DNA of 64,000 bases, taken from the NCBI RefSeq assembly GCF_009914755.1, contig NC_060927.1; one strand, 5' to 3'. Positions 1-12,861 of the stretch are shown in pieces; position 1 is the stretch's first letter; each line of letters opens with the position of its first letter. The notes beneath the pieces are model-generated. The model worked only from the letters and a program-made list of their open reading frames with translations. It had not been told where the DNA came from and ran no database searches. The translations under genes were made by a program, and so were the position numbers. The stretch is from the human T2T-CHM13v2.0 reference genome, Homo sapiens.

Positions 1-1089
1 TTGAAAGAAATCATAAATGTCAGTTCTGTGGGGCAATTGGACTGGTCTCAATTGTGAGCCTCACTTTCCACCTGCTTCCACAAAAGCAGGAATTCTAGGG
101 TTGGAAGAGCTTAACATGGATGGTCCAAATCCCATCTAATATAGGAATCGTCACCATTAGCTCAACAAACAATGACAGTTAACTCCTGGGGTAGTTACAT
201 AAAAATACAGCCAAAACTAGTTTTGGACAATTTAGTTTCTAAATTGAGGAACAACCTGACCCCCCAGAATTCTGTACTCATGTGTGTTAGATATGATTTT
301 TTGAGCAATATAAATGTAGTTATATCATACCTTTCACACACAAATAGAATTAAAAACTCTCATATTCTTAGGTTTTTTTCTCCTTCTCTAGGCTCTGTTT
401 AATCAGTTCTTCTGTCTCTTACTAATATGAAATGGTTTCCAGATGGTAACGTCATTCTGTATTTTGTATCAATAAAACATCTAGGAGCAATCAGTGTAAT
501 CCAGTTATGGATTGAGTTTGGAGGGACTATAACCTCTCACTAATCAGAAACTATTGCCATTGGCTCAAGTTTGAGAGCAGTTGCTTCACATTTTTCATTC
601 ATTAATACAATGATCGATAAAATCATTATGTTTGTTCTGCTTTTTAAGAGCAACTGCTATCAACTGCATTATGTACAATTCTGTACTGTGCAATTGATTT
701 CTTGAATTTAATCAAGATTTTATATTCATTATTCATTATATATATTCATTATATTCCAACAGCTGAAGAAGCTGTTGGATTGCCCTCAATTAGAGAATGA
801 CTATGGATCCTAACCATGAATTAGCACTAAGAAATGAGACAAGTTTAAAACAGTCCTATGACTGTTCTACCATCTTGTGAAATGTGAGCTTCCCATGGAT
901 TCCTATCTAGTGTGTTGTCATAGCCTATAATTCAAGGAAGAGTCATCTGATTAAATGAGGATGAGAGAAAAGAAAAAAAATCGCTTTAATTCTATGGCTA
1001 CTCTCTGTCAGGCACAGGATTAGGTAAATGAAATATCAGTTTTTATTGACACCTCTGAGAGGAAGATATATACAGCCTTTGTACACAGC

Positions 1090-1195
1090 CAGATTTAAAG
1101 CCTAGAGACTTAGACTCACATCTTTAGCCACTACTTTTTAGCTCTGTGTTCACAAGCAAGTTCCCTGGATCTTCATTTTAAAGTGGAGAACAGAT
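1090..1195 (+). mobile_element. MIR SINE fragment (highly diverged)
   Basis: Degenerate MIR core: 'gacttagactcacatc...ctacttttta gctctgtg..caagcaagttc...cttcattttaaagtgg'. Confidence 0.4.
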
Positions 1196-1699
1196 GAAAT
1201 TAAGCTTTACAAAGAGAATTTTCATTAATAAGTACTGTTTATATTAAGGTTATTATTAACTACAGGATACCACTGTCTACTAGACTAGATTTCTTTTTTC
1301 TAGGTAGAATCGAAAATATTCTAAGAATACGAGCATCAACCTTATTCTTCAGGTTAGGAAGTTACCCACTTTAAAAATTTTTTCTCCTTTCATGAGATTC
1401 ACTGCCCATGGATATTTCTAAACTTAATTTCTCTCATTGAACTTTTGTTGTTTCTTTAACATACAAAGTAAATTTCCATGTTAACTGGAACCTAGAAAAC
1501 TTTTGTTTTCCCTTGTATTACACCTTGAAGGATTTTTTTAGTTGTTAATGTTTCATTTAATTACTCTTTTCCAACTTTTATTTTAGACTCAGGGGTACAT
1601 ATACATGTTTGTTACCTGGGTATATTGTGTGATGCTTAGGTTTAGAGCATGAGTGATCCCATCACCCCGGTACTGAGCATAGTACCCAACAGTTTTTCA

Positions 1700-4600
1700 A
1701 CCCTTGCTTTCCTCCCTCCCCGCAACTTCCAGCAGACCCCAGTGTCTCTGGTTACCATCTTTATGTCCACAAGTACCTGATATTTTGCTTCCACTTCTAA
1801 TTGAGAACACACAGTATTTGGTTTTTTGTTTCTGTCTTATTTCATTTAGAATAATGGCCTTCTGCTGCTTCAACGTTGCTGCAAAGGAAATGATTTTGTT
1901 CTTCTTAATGGCTGCATAATATTCCATGGCATATATGTACCATGTTTTCGTTATCCAGTCCACCATTGATGGGCACCTGAAACTGATTCCATGTCATTGC
2001 TATTGGGTATAGTGCTGCATTTAACATACAAGTGCATGTGTCTTTTTGGTAGAATGATTTGGGCTTTTAAATATGTATACTCAGTAATGGGATTGCTGGG
2101 TCAAATGATACCTCTGTTTTAAGTTCTTTAGAAATCTCCAATCTGCTTTTCACAGTAGCTGAACTAATTTACATTCCCACCAACAGTGTACAAGTATTCC
2201 CTTTTCTCCACAGCCTCATCAGCATCTGTTGTTTTTTCTTTTTGACTTTTTCATAATAGCCATTTTGGCTGGTGTGAGGTAGTGTCTTATTGTCGTTTTG
2301 ATTTGCATTTCTCTGATGATTATTGATGATGATAATTTTGTACGTGTTTGTTGGCTACTTGTATGTCTTCTTTTGAGAGGTGTCTGTTCCTGTCTTTTGC
2401 CCATTTTTTAATGAAATTACTTAGCTTTTGCTTGTTCAGTTGTTTAAGTTCCTGGATATTAGACCTTTGTCAGATGCATAGTTTACAAATATTTTCTCCC
2501 ATTCTGTAGGCTGTTTACTCTCTTGATAGTTTTATTTTCCTGTGCAGGAACTCTAGCTTACTTAGGTACCACTTGTCAATTTTTGGCTTTGTTGCGCTTT
2601 TTCTTCTACTATTCTTACAGCTTGAGGTCTTACCTTTAACTCTTTAATCTATCTCGAGTTAATTTTTGTGTATTGCAAAAAGTACAGGCCATTTTATTCT
2701 TGTGCATATAGCTTGCAAGCTAATCCAGCAATATTTATTAAATAGGGAGTCATTTCTTTATTGCTTGTTTTTGTCAACTTTGTCGAAGCATAGATGGTTG
2801 TAGGTGTGTGGTTTTACTTCTGGGTTCTCTATTCTGTTCCATTGGTCTAAGTGTCTTGTTTTTGTACCAGTACCATGCTGTTTTGGTTACTGTAGGCTTA
2901 TAGTATAGTTTGAAGTTACATAGTGTGATGGCGCTGGCTTTCCCAATGCTGTTTTTTTCCAGTGCTGTGTAAAATGACATTCCAATGCTGTGTAAAATGA
3001 CATTGGCAGTTTGATAGGAATAGTATTGGATCTGTAGATTGCTTTGGGCTGTATGGATATTTTGATGATATTGATTCTTCCAATCCATGAGCATAGAATG
3101 TTTTTGCTTTTGTTTCTGTCATCTCTGATTTCTTACAGCAGTGCTTTAAAATTCTCATTGTAGAGATCTTTAGCCTCTTTGGTTAGATGTATTCCTAGGT
3201 ATTTTTTGTGTGTGTCTATTGTAAATGGGATTGCATTCTTGATTTGGCTCATAGCTTTAATATTATTGGTTTATAGAAATGCTACTTATTTTTGACTTTT
3301 TCTTTTATTATTTGAATGCTTTTTCTTTCTCTTGTCTGATTCCTCTGGCTAGCATTTCCAGTACTATATTGAATAGGAATGGTGAGAATGGACATCCTTG
3401 TCTTGTTCCATCTCTCAAGGAAAATGCTTTCAGTTTTTTGCCCATTCAGTATGATATTGGCTCTGGATTTGGCATAGACGTGGTTCTTATTTTGCGGTAT
3501 GTTCCTTTAAAGCCTAGTTTCTTGAGGGTTTTTATATGAAGAGATTTTGGATTTTATCTAAAGCTTTTTGGGCATCTGTTGAGATGATCATATGGTTTTT
3601 GTTTTTAATTCTGTTTACATGGTGAATCACATTTATTGATTTGCATATGTTGAACCAACCTCACATCCCAGGAATGAAGCCTACTTGATCATGGTGAATT
3701 AGCTTTTTGATGTGCTGTTGAATTTAATTTGATAGTATTTTGTTGAGGATTTTCATGTCTATGCTTATCGGGGATATTGGCCTGTAGTTTTCTTTTTCCA
3801 CTGTGTCTTTGCAAGCTTTGGTATCATGGTGAGTCTGGCCTGATACAAAGAGTTACAGAGGAGACTCTACTCCTCAAGTTTCTGAAATAGTTTCAGTAGA
3901 ATTGGTACAGGCTCTTCCTTATATTTCTGGTAAGATTTGGCTGGTCTGTGAATCCATCTGGTCTGGGGCTTTCTTAGTTGGCAGGTTTTTATTACTGATT
4001 CTATTTCAGAGCTCAATATTGGTCTGTTCAGTGTTTCCTTCCTGATTCAATCGTGGGAGATGGTGTGTTTTCAGAAATTTATCCATTTCCTGTAGATTTT
4101 GTAGTTTATATGTGTAGAGGTGTTCATAATATTCTCTATGAATCTTTTGTATTTCTGTGAGATTGGTTATAATGCCACGTTTGTCATTTCTGATTGGGCT
4201 TATTTGGATCTTCTCCTTTTTTTTCTGCTTTTTATTCTAGTTAGTAATCTATCAATCTTATTTATCCTTTCAAAGAACTTTTTGTTTCACTGATATTTGT
4301 GCAGATTTTGAGGTCTCAATTTCATTATGTTACATTCTGATTTTAGTTATTTCTTTTCTTCTGCTAGCTTTAGAGTTAGTTTTTTCTTGTTTTTCTAATT
4401 CCATTAGGTGATGCTAAGATTATTAAGTTGAGGCCTTTCTAACTTTTTGAGATAGGCGTTTAGCACTATAAACCTTCCTCTTAACACTGCTTTTTCTGTA
4501 TCAGAGACCTTTTGGTATGTTGTGTCTCTATTTTTATTTCAAAGAAGTTTTTGATTTCTGCTTTAATTTCATCGTTTACCCAAACGGATTAAGTTGTTTA

Positions 4601-5300
4601 ATTTCCATATAATGGTATGGTTTTGAGAGATCTTCCGAGTATTGATTTCTATTTTTACTTCACCATGGTCCAAGAGTGTGGTTGGTATGATTTTGATTTC
4701 TTTGAATTTATTGAGGCTTGCTTTATGGACAAATATGTAGTCAATCTTGGAGTATTTTCGGTGTGCAGATGAGGAGAATGTATATCCTGTGGTTTATGGT
4801 TGGAGTATTCTGTAGATTTCTATTATGTCTAGTTGGTCACATTTCAAGTTGAAGTCCAGAGTTTCACTGTTAGTTTTCTGCCTCAATAGTCTTTCTAATG
4901 CTGTCAGTGGGGTGTTGAAGTTCCCCACTACTGTTGTGTTGCTGGTTAAGTTATTTTGTAGGTCTATAAGTACTTTTTTATGAATACGGGTGCTCTATGG
5001 TTGGGTGTGTAGATATTTTGTATAGATAAGTCTTCTCATTGAATATAACCTTTTGTTAATATGTAATGCCCTTCTTTGTCCTTTTTTTACTGTTGTTGGT
5101 TTAATGTCTGCTTTATCTGATATAAGAATTGCAACCCCTACTCTTTTTTGTTTTCCTTTTACATAATAAACATTTCTCCAACCCTTTACATTGAGTCCAG
5201 GGGTTGTCATTACTTGTGAAATGGGTCTTTTGAAGACAGAAGAAAGATGAGTCTTGTTATTTTATCCAACTTGTCACTCTGTGCCTTTTAAGTGGGGCAT
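1700..5300 (-). pseudogene. Disrupted L1 ORF2 (endonuclease/reverse transcriptase) remnant
   Basis: Short frameshifted ORFs with L1 ORF2 motifs ([40 protein letters not shown]). No continuous frame. Confidence 0.85.
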
Positions 5301-5459
5301 TTAGACCATTTACATTCAAGGTTAATATTGATATATGAGGTTTTGATCCTATTGTGAAGTTGTTAGCTGGTTGTTTTGTAGTTTCTATTGTGTTTTATTC
5401 TATTTTTGCTTTAAAGGGTTTACAAACTATGTATTTAAGTGTGTTTTGGTGGTAGCAGG

Positions 5460-6470
5460 TATCATTTATTTGTTTGTATGTTTAGAACCCCCTTCAGGAT
5501 CTCTTGTAAGGCTGTTCTAGTGGCAACAAATTCCCTTAGAGCTTGGTTATATTTTATTTCTCTTTCATTTATGAAATTAGTTTGGTGGGATATGAAATTC
5601 TTGTTTGGAATGTCTTTTCTTTTAGAATGCTTAAAGTATTCTCGCAATCTCTCTTGGCTTATAAGGTTTCTGCTCAGAAGTCTGCTGTTACCCTAATGGG
5701 GTTCCCTTTGTATGTGATCTGCCCCCTTTTTTTTTTTTCTTTAACCTAGTTGCCCTTAAGATTTTTTTTTTTCTTTAGCATTGACCTTGGGCAGTCTGGT
5801 GACTATATGCCTTGGTGATATTCATTTTGTATAGTATCTCATAAGTGTTCTTTTCATTTCTTCTATCTGAATGTCTACCTTTCTAGAAAGATTAGAGAAG
5901 TTTCTTTTATTATTCCTTCAAATATGTTTTTCAAGTTGTTTGCTTTTTTCTTTCTCTCTCAGAAATGCCAATAATTAACAGGTTTGCTAACTTTACAAAA
6001 TCCCATATTTCTCAAACGCTTTCCTCAGTTTAAAAATTTTTTTTTAAATTTTTTTGTCAGATTGGCTTAGTTTAACAGACTTGTCTTTAAGCACTGAAAT
6101 TATTTTTTCTGTTTTTTTTCCAGTCTATTGATAAAGTTTTCAATTATATTTTGAAATTCCTTAAGTTTTTTATTTCAGAAATTAGTTTCTCAATTCCAGA
6201 AACTGAGATTTATTTCTTTTTAAGATGTTTATCTCTTCCTTCATTTCCTGGATTGATTTAGAGGATTTCTCTGTGTTGATTTTCAACTTTGTCTTGGATC
6301 TCATTGAGCTTCCTTGCAGCCATTCTTTGAATTCCTCTGTCATTTCTGAGTTTCTAATTTGGTTAGGGATCATTGCCAGAGAGCTAGTACAATTCTTTGG
6401 TGGTGTCACTACATTTAGATTTTTCGTGGTGACAGAGTTCTTATGCTGGTCCCTTCTCATCCAGAGATGC
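5460..6470 (-). pseudogene. Disrupted L1 ORF1 remnant
   Basis: ORF 6182-6460 (MRRDQHKNS...VVTPPK...EMTEEFK) resembles the old primate L1 ORF1 N-terminus. ORF 5462-5647 (LREFVATRTALQEILKGVL) resembles the ORF1 C-terminus. Confidence 0.85.
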
Positions 6471-7064
6471 TGGCACTTCTAATTTTTGTAATTATTTCTA
6501 TGCAAGTAGGATTTTCTTCTTCTTCTATAATATTGTTTTTTAATTATTATTTTTCTTTCTCTTTCTATTTTCCCCCTCCCTAGGAGATGTGACTGTAGAG
6601 AATGCTGGACAGGGTCATTTGGCATTGTTTTTATAGCTCTATGCACATCTTTCAGCAGGCTTTATATTGGCTATTGGGCTGGGCAGTTCATCCTACAAGC
6701 CCATAAATGTCACTTATAGGTAAGAGCTGGCTGCAGCCAATGTGACTGGGTATATACTTGATTCTTAGTTATTTGCAGAAGCTGTCTGTTGTCTCAGGCA
6801 ATCAGCTGATTTGACGACTGTACAATGGTCTGAGCTCCCTGCTCAGCCCTAGGTGGTGTGGGCAGGGAGCCAAAACAGGAGGGGATGACCGGGGCACATC
6901 CACCTGCAGGTTCCCTGATGGCAGGCATAGTATTAGCACCAAGAAAGAAGCCAGTGGGTGGCCTAAGACACTCAGAGGTGTGACAAACACTCAGGAGAAA
7001 CTTCCTTAGCTCCAAGTTCTCTGCATGGGGATAGGGGGTGGTCTAAACTCCTAATCCAAGAGAG

Positions 7065-7800
7065 TGAGTACTCCAGATGCCTTGTGGACCTGACTGAGTG
7101 TGGAACAGGGAAGGCCTGCCTACACAAAAATCTCCACACAGGAGGGGTGGGGTGACTCAGTCTGCTTCACCAGGCTTGGAGCCTACCTGTCTTGAAGAAT
7201 GGTTGGAGATCTGCCTGGGCATGGAGCAGAGAGGGGTCTCTGTACAGGAAGGGTGGAGTGACTCAGGCTGTTGGACCAAGCAAGCAAGTGCTCTGAATGC
7301 CGAGAGATATTGCTGAGCATGTAGCAGAGAGGGTACTCCTGCACAAGGATCTCTGCACAAGAAGAGTGGGGAAGTTCAGGCTGCTGAGTTAGGCAAACAA
7401 GTGTTCTGAATGCCAGAGGATCTGCCTGGATATAGATCAGAGAGGACCTTGATGCACCACATCTATGCTTAGGAAGGGTGTCGCAACCCAGGCTGGTCAA
7501 CCAGGTGATCAGGCTGCTCCTAATGCTTGAAGATCTGCTTGGGCTTAGAACAGAGAGAGTCCCTCTGTACCAAGATCTGTGCACAGTAAGGGTGAGGTGG
7601 TTCAGGCTGCTGAAACAAGTGAGCCAGTTCTCTGGATGCCCGGGCATGGAGCAGAGAGAGTCTTGCTGTACCACAATTAATGTGGTAGGAAGGATTAAGA
7701 AGGATGGGTGGCTCAGGCTGCTGGTACAGGCAAGCAAGTGCTCCAGATGCCTGAATTTCTGCCTGGGAGTAGAGTAGAAAGGGCCTAGCTTCACCACAAT
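7065..7800 (-). repeat. Degenerate tandem array (about 100-120 bp unit, about 7 copies) inside the L1 5' UTR
   Basis: Recurring 'caagtgctctgaatgcc..gagatctgcctgggcatggagcagagag...tgcacaggaagggtggggtgactcaggctgctg' starting near 7065, 7185, 7284, 7398, 7512, 7625 and 7735. Confidence 0.8.
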
Positions 7801-10249
7801 CTCAGGGAGACAGAGTGGGGCACCCAGCAATGGCACACGCAGATCAGTTCCAGGTCACTAAGCTGGCCTGGGCTACGAGTCTCACCACCCAGGAGAAACT
7901 GTAGCTGTAGCAGCTCTCTTCTTGCCCCAGGCTTACAATGGGGGAGAGCACAATTCCAGTGCCTACTGCATCTGGGGAAATGTCTGCAGCTTTTCCCAGT
8001 GTCTTTCCCTCACAGCATTTTCAAGCCTCTCCCTAAGTAAATTCCAGGGCTTGGGAGAGGCAAAGTCCTGTCCCTCGACCTGGGTTGCTCGGATTCCCAG
8101 TGTAAAGGTGAGTCACAAAGGGAGCTTCTCTGTCTCTCTCACATACTGGGGCTTCACTCACTTTGAACAACCAGACACCATCATGGGGGCTGTTTGCCAG
8201 TGTTTTCCTCTCAAGCTTTGGGGTATCCTTCAAGATTCCAGTGGATTCCTGTTGTCTTTCTTGAATTAAAGCCCACAGAGTTGATCTTTATGTACTATCT
8301 TGCTGTTGCTAGGTGGTTGAGGTGTGCTGAAAACCTCTAATCTATCATCTTTGAAAAAAAAAAAAACTTTTAAGTTTTGTTCAATTAGTCCATCAAACAT
8401 TTCCCACCTCCTACAATCTTTGATAACACTTTAAAAAAATTCTAAACAAAGCTTTTCTAGGAAGTTTTAGTTTTTTCAAAGCTGCTTTGCTTTTGTGTCT
8501 CAGTAATGGTGTATTACAGGGCCCAGCAGCACATGGATGATCCACTGCTGTAATCCACCAGCAGGGATCCCTGGCTCCGTGATGGATTATTGCATTACAT
8601 CATCAGCCCAAGGGCTGACAGGAAAGAAAGTACTTCAAACAGTCCTCCTTCGTAAATTGTTTTAGTCTTAATGAAAGAAAAGATATGGTTTTGAATGGGT
8701 ATGGATGAGTAGAAAAACTGACTATACCTTTCAGCTCTGTATTGAATTACATACATGTGAGAGCAGCTACCAAAATGCTCTTGGTTCACAAGATGGAATT
8801 TTCTGTTCATTTTAAACATATGGCACTAGCTAATGTGCATAACAGTGACCACAATGAATATAATATTCCATAAAATAATGAAGAGATTTTTAGATCATCT
8901 GAATCAAAGAAGAAATTTAAGTAGTATTAGTATAGGTTTTATAATATGTGCATTTTAGTTCTTCAATAATGTGTGCTATTGCCCTATTAAGCCAAATGTT
9001 TGTTTAACCACATACTACATTTCATATCCTTGTCAGATAACAGAATTATCGCTGAACTTGAATGTATCCATTTACATATTTTTACATGAAAAATGTGAAA
9101 TGAAAATTTACATTCATGTCAAGGGAAACAAATCACAAACTCTATTAATCGTCTTACTCAATATTTTAAATTTAGTAAGGTGGTAAGTTTGTTGAAAGAA
9201 TAGATAGGCAAATAAATTAATAGACCTTTAAGTTCACTTTTTTCTTTTTAAGAAATCAGTTTCAAATGTACAGTGATGTTATGTTTCTGAGAGTAATAAA
9301 TCAAATATTTTTGCAAACAAATGAAATACATATCTTTTACCACTCTAAAATAACTTAAAATCAGGTGTCTAATTGGTTGTTATTAGAGAATTGTATGGAA
9401 AACATAGATTTGAAAGACCGAATTTTTATTTTAATTTGCCTACATTTCTCTTCTTTATTAAAAGAAATTAAATAGCATCACGAACAAAATTAACTATAGG
9501 ACAAAGCCTGTTATTTCTATTATTGTGAATATGCCCCTTCTGCGTCATTTTCCAAATGTAGGATTTGCTCGTTAAAAATAAGTAGTGGCACACTTTATGA
9601 TATTGGCAAAGAAAAACATGATCTAGAATATGATCTTGTAAAATAGTTTCTACCCTTTTCTAATAACTCATTTAATGTCTTAAAGAGATCTTTAATGTTG
9701 AAAAATTAAATATTAAAGTCTTTAATTTCCTTCTGAGGCTGCTAATAAAATTGGGTAAAATGAATTCATAAGCATTTTTACAGAGTTGTCATAATACCAG
9801 CACTACAAATCATATGATAGTTTGGAATTTTGAATCTTTAGGTATTTTATTACACTCTACCTGTGAAACATTTAGTTATATCAATTTAACTCTTCTTTAA
9901 CAGTCCCACGACCTTTTCCTCGTCACCAATTTCCCACCTCTCACCCCAAGTTTGGGACCTTGAGAAGCTCATGATTCCACATGTCAGGGTCACCAGCTTG
10001 GATGACAATAACTATCCTCTTAGTCCTCCCTCAGATTTTTATGTATCTGACAGATTATTTATTATTTTGGTTATTATAATAATCATTTCAATATTTACTT
10101 ACTGAGACCCAAATTCTAATATAATCCTTAGATAGAATTTAGACTCAAATTTTTGGATCTTTGCATGCCAAGAGTTTTGTTCAAGGTTTTCTCTATTTCT
10201 CCAGTTTGCTAAGTATCTCTTCTGAAGTTCTCTTGATGTTTTTAAATTT

Positions 10250-11822
10250 TTTTAATTTGTATGGGTTTTTAAATTTTCATATGATCATAGTCATATGTCA
10301 TATGTCATAGATCATATATCTATATGGGTTACATTAGATATTTTGATATAGGCGTGCAGTGCATAATAATCACATTGGGGTGAATGGGGTATCCATCACT
10401 TCAAGCATTTATCCTTTCTGTTACCAACAATCCAATTACACTCTTAGTTATTTTTAAATTATAATTAAATTATTTTTGACTATGATCACCCTGTTGTAGT
10501 AGCAAATACTGGGTCTTATTCATTCTTTTTAACTATTTTTTGTACCCACTAACCATACCTACCCTCCACTTCATATTTTAAGGTCTTAGTTTTAAGTTTT
10601 TCACCCAATTTGATGTGATTTTTGTATGTGGCAAGAGATAGAGGTCTAGTTTTATTCTTTTGCATATAGGTGTCCAATTTTCCCAGCACCATCTATTGAA
10701 GAGTCTGTCCTTTCCCCAGTGTATGTTCTTGGCACCGCTGGCAAAAACAAGTTCATTGTAGATGTATGAATTTATTTCTGGGTTCTCTGTTATTTTCTAC
10801 CGGGTCTATGTGTCTGTTCTATGCCAGTACAATGCCAATTTGGTTACAATAGCTCTGCAGTATAATATAAAGTCAGGGAATGTCATTCCTCCAGTTTTGT
10901 TCTTTTTGCTTAGAATAGCTTTGACTATTCTGGGTCTTTTGAGACTCCATAAAAATTGTATAACTGTTTTTTCTATTTCTGTGAAGAATGTCTTAGGTAT
11001 TGTGATAGGGATTGCATTAAATCCATAGATGGCTGTGGGTAGAATGGACATTTTGATAACAATTTTTCTTCCAATCCATGAACATAGAATATATTTCCAT
11101 ATTTTTGTGTCCTCTGCAATTTCGTGCAGCAACAATGTTTGAAAGTTTTTATTGTAGAGATCTATCACTTTTGGGGGTAATTCCTGTGTATTTAATTTTA
11201 TTTGTAGATATTGTGTATGGTATTTTTTTTATCTCTTTTTCAGATGGTTGGCTGTTGGCATATAGAAATGCCACTGAATTTTGTTTGTTGATTTTGTATC
11301 CTGCAACTTTACTGAATGTGTTTATCAGCTCTAGTTTTTTGGTGGAGTCTTAGGTTTTTTCAAATATGAGATCATATCATCTGCAAACAAGAATGGTTTG
11401 ACTTATTCCTTTCCAATTTGGATGCCCTTTATTTTTTTCTCTTATCTGATTGCTCTAGCTAAAACTTAAGTATTATGTCAAATAATACTGGTGAAAGCAG
11501 TCATCCTTGTCATGTTCTAGATCTTAGAGGAAAGGCTTTCAGTTTTTCCGCTTTCAGTGTGATATTAGCTATGTGTCTGTCTCATATAAATCTGTCGAAT
11601 TTGGATTATAGGAGGGTATGTTCCTTCTATACCCAATTTTTGAGGATTTTTTTATTATGAAGGGATATGAATTTTATGAAATGCTTTTTCAGCATCAGTT
11701 GAAATAGTCATTTGGTTTTTGTCCTTGATTTTGTTGTTATGATGTATCACATTGATTGATTTACATATGTTGAACCATCCTTGCATCACTGGCATAAATT
11801 CCACTTGGTCACAGTGAAGATC
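10250..11822 (-). mobile_element. L1MA (L1MA1-3-like) 3' UTR plus ORF2 segment with internal deletion
   Basis: 3' UTR 'gcataataatcacattggggtgaatggggtatccatcacttcaagcatttatcc' at 10350-10570, then a jump into ORF2 (ORF 10806-11168: [28 protein letters not shown]). Confidence 0.85.
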
Positions 11823-11825
11823 TTT

Positions 11826-11863
11826 TGTGTGTGTGTGTATGTTTGTGTGTGTGTGTGTGTGTG
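11826..11863. repeat. Interrupted (TG)n microsatellite
   Basis: Direct reading of tgtgtg run with two interruptions. Confidence 0.9.
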
Positions 11864-11946
11864 TTTCTCAGTTCTTTAATTTAATCAGCAAAATTAATTA
11901 GCACTCTTTCCAAAGAAAATCTACATTTTTATGTTCTTTTATCTAA

Positions 11947-12860
11947 TTTCTTTCTTTCTTTCTTTTTAATTTCCAAAGCTTATTGGGGAACAGGTGGTGT
12001 TTGGTTACATGAGTAAGTTATTTAGTGGTTATTTGTGAGATTTTGGTGCACCCATCACCCAAGCAGTATACACTGCACCCAATTAGTGGTCTTTTATCCC
12101 TCACCTCTTTCCCACTCTTTCACCCTGGGTCCCCAAAGTCCACTGTGTCTTTCTTATGCCTTTGCATCCTCATAACTTAGCTCCCACATATGAGTGAGAA
12201 CATATGATGTTTGTTATTCCATTCGTGAGTTACTTCACTTAGAATAATAGTCTCCAATCTCATCCAGGTCACTGTGAATGCCTTAATTCATTCCTTTTTA
12301 TGGCTGAGTAGTAATCCATTGTATATATATACCACAGTTTCTTTATACATTCATTCATTGATGGGCATTTGGGTTGGTTCCATGTTTTTGCAAGTGTAAT
12401 TGTGCTGCTAAAAACATGTGTGTTCAAGTATCTTTTTATATAATGACTCTCTTCCTCTGGGTAGATACCCAGTAGTGGGATTGCTGGATCAAATGGTAGT
12501 TCTACTTTTAGTTGTTTAAGGAAACTCCACACTGTTTTTCATAGTGGTTGTACTAGTTTACATTCCCACCAGCAGTGTAGAAGTGTTCCCTATTCACCAC
12601 ATCCATGCCAACATCTATTTTATTATTATTATTATTTGATTATGGTCATTCTTGCAGGAGTAAGGTGATATCGCATTGTGGTTTTGATTCGCATTTCCCT
12701 GATCATTAGTGATGTTGAGCATTTTTTCATATGCTTGTTGACCATTTGTATTTCTTCTTCTGAGAATTGTCTATTCATGTCCTTAGCCCACTTTTTGATG
12801 GGATTGTTTTTTTCTTGCTAATTTGTTTGAGTTCTTTGTAGATTCTGGGTATTAGTCCTT
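11947..12860 (-). mobile_element. 5'-truncated L1PB (L1PB1-like) 3' end
   Basis: T-rich tail at 11947-11967, L1PB-type 3' UTR 'ggggaacaggtggtgtttggttacatgagtaag...tgcacccatcaccc', and ORF2 C-terminus (ORF 12269-12532: [15 protein letters not shown]...WNQPKCPS). Confidence 0.85.
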
Positions 12861-12861
12861 G

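Larger units (their letters stand above)
1570..8353 (-). mobile_element. Near full-length old primate LINE-1 (L1PA16-like, L1PA15-17/L1PB age class), inactive
   Basis: Reverse-complemented 3' UTR begins at about 1570 ('ttttattttagactcaggggtacat'). ORF2 remnants: 1697-1966 (C-terminus WYIYAMEYYAAIKK), 2219-2404, 2774-3158, 4995-5210 (EN). ORF1 remnants: 5462-5647, 6182-6460. The GC-richer 5' UTR (about 6500-8353) ends in 'aagatgatagattagagg' on the minus strand, resembling the L1 5' start. Confidence 0.92.
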
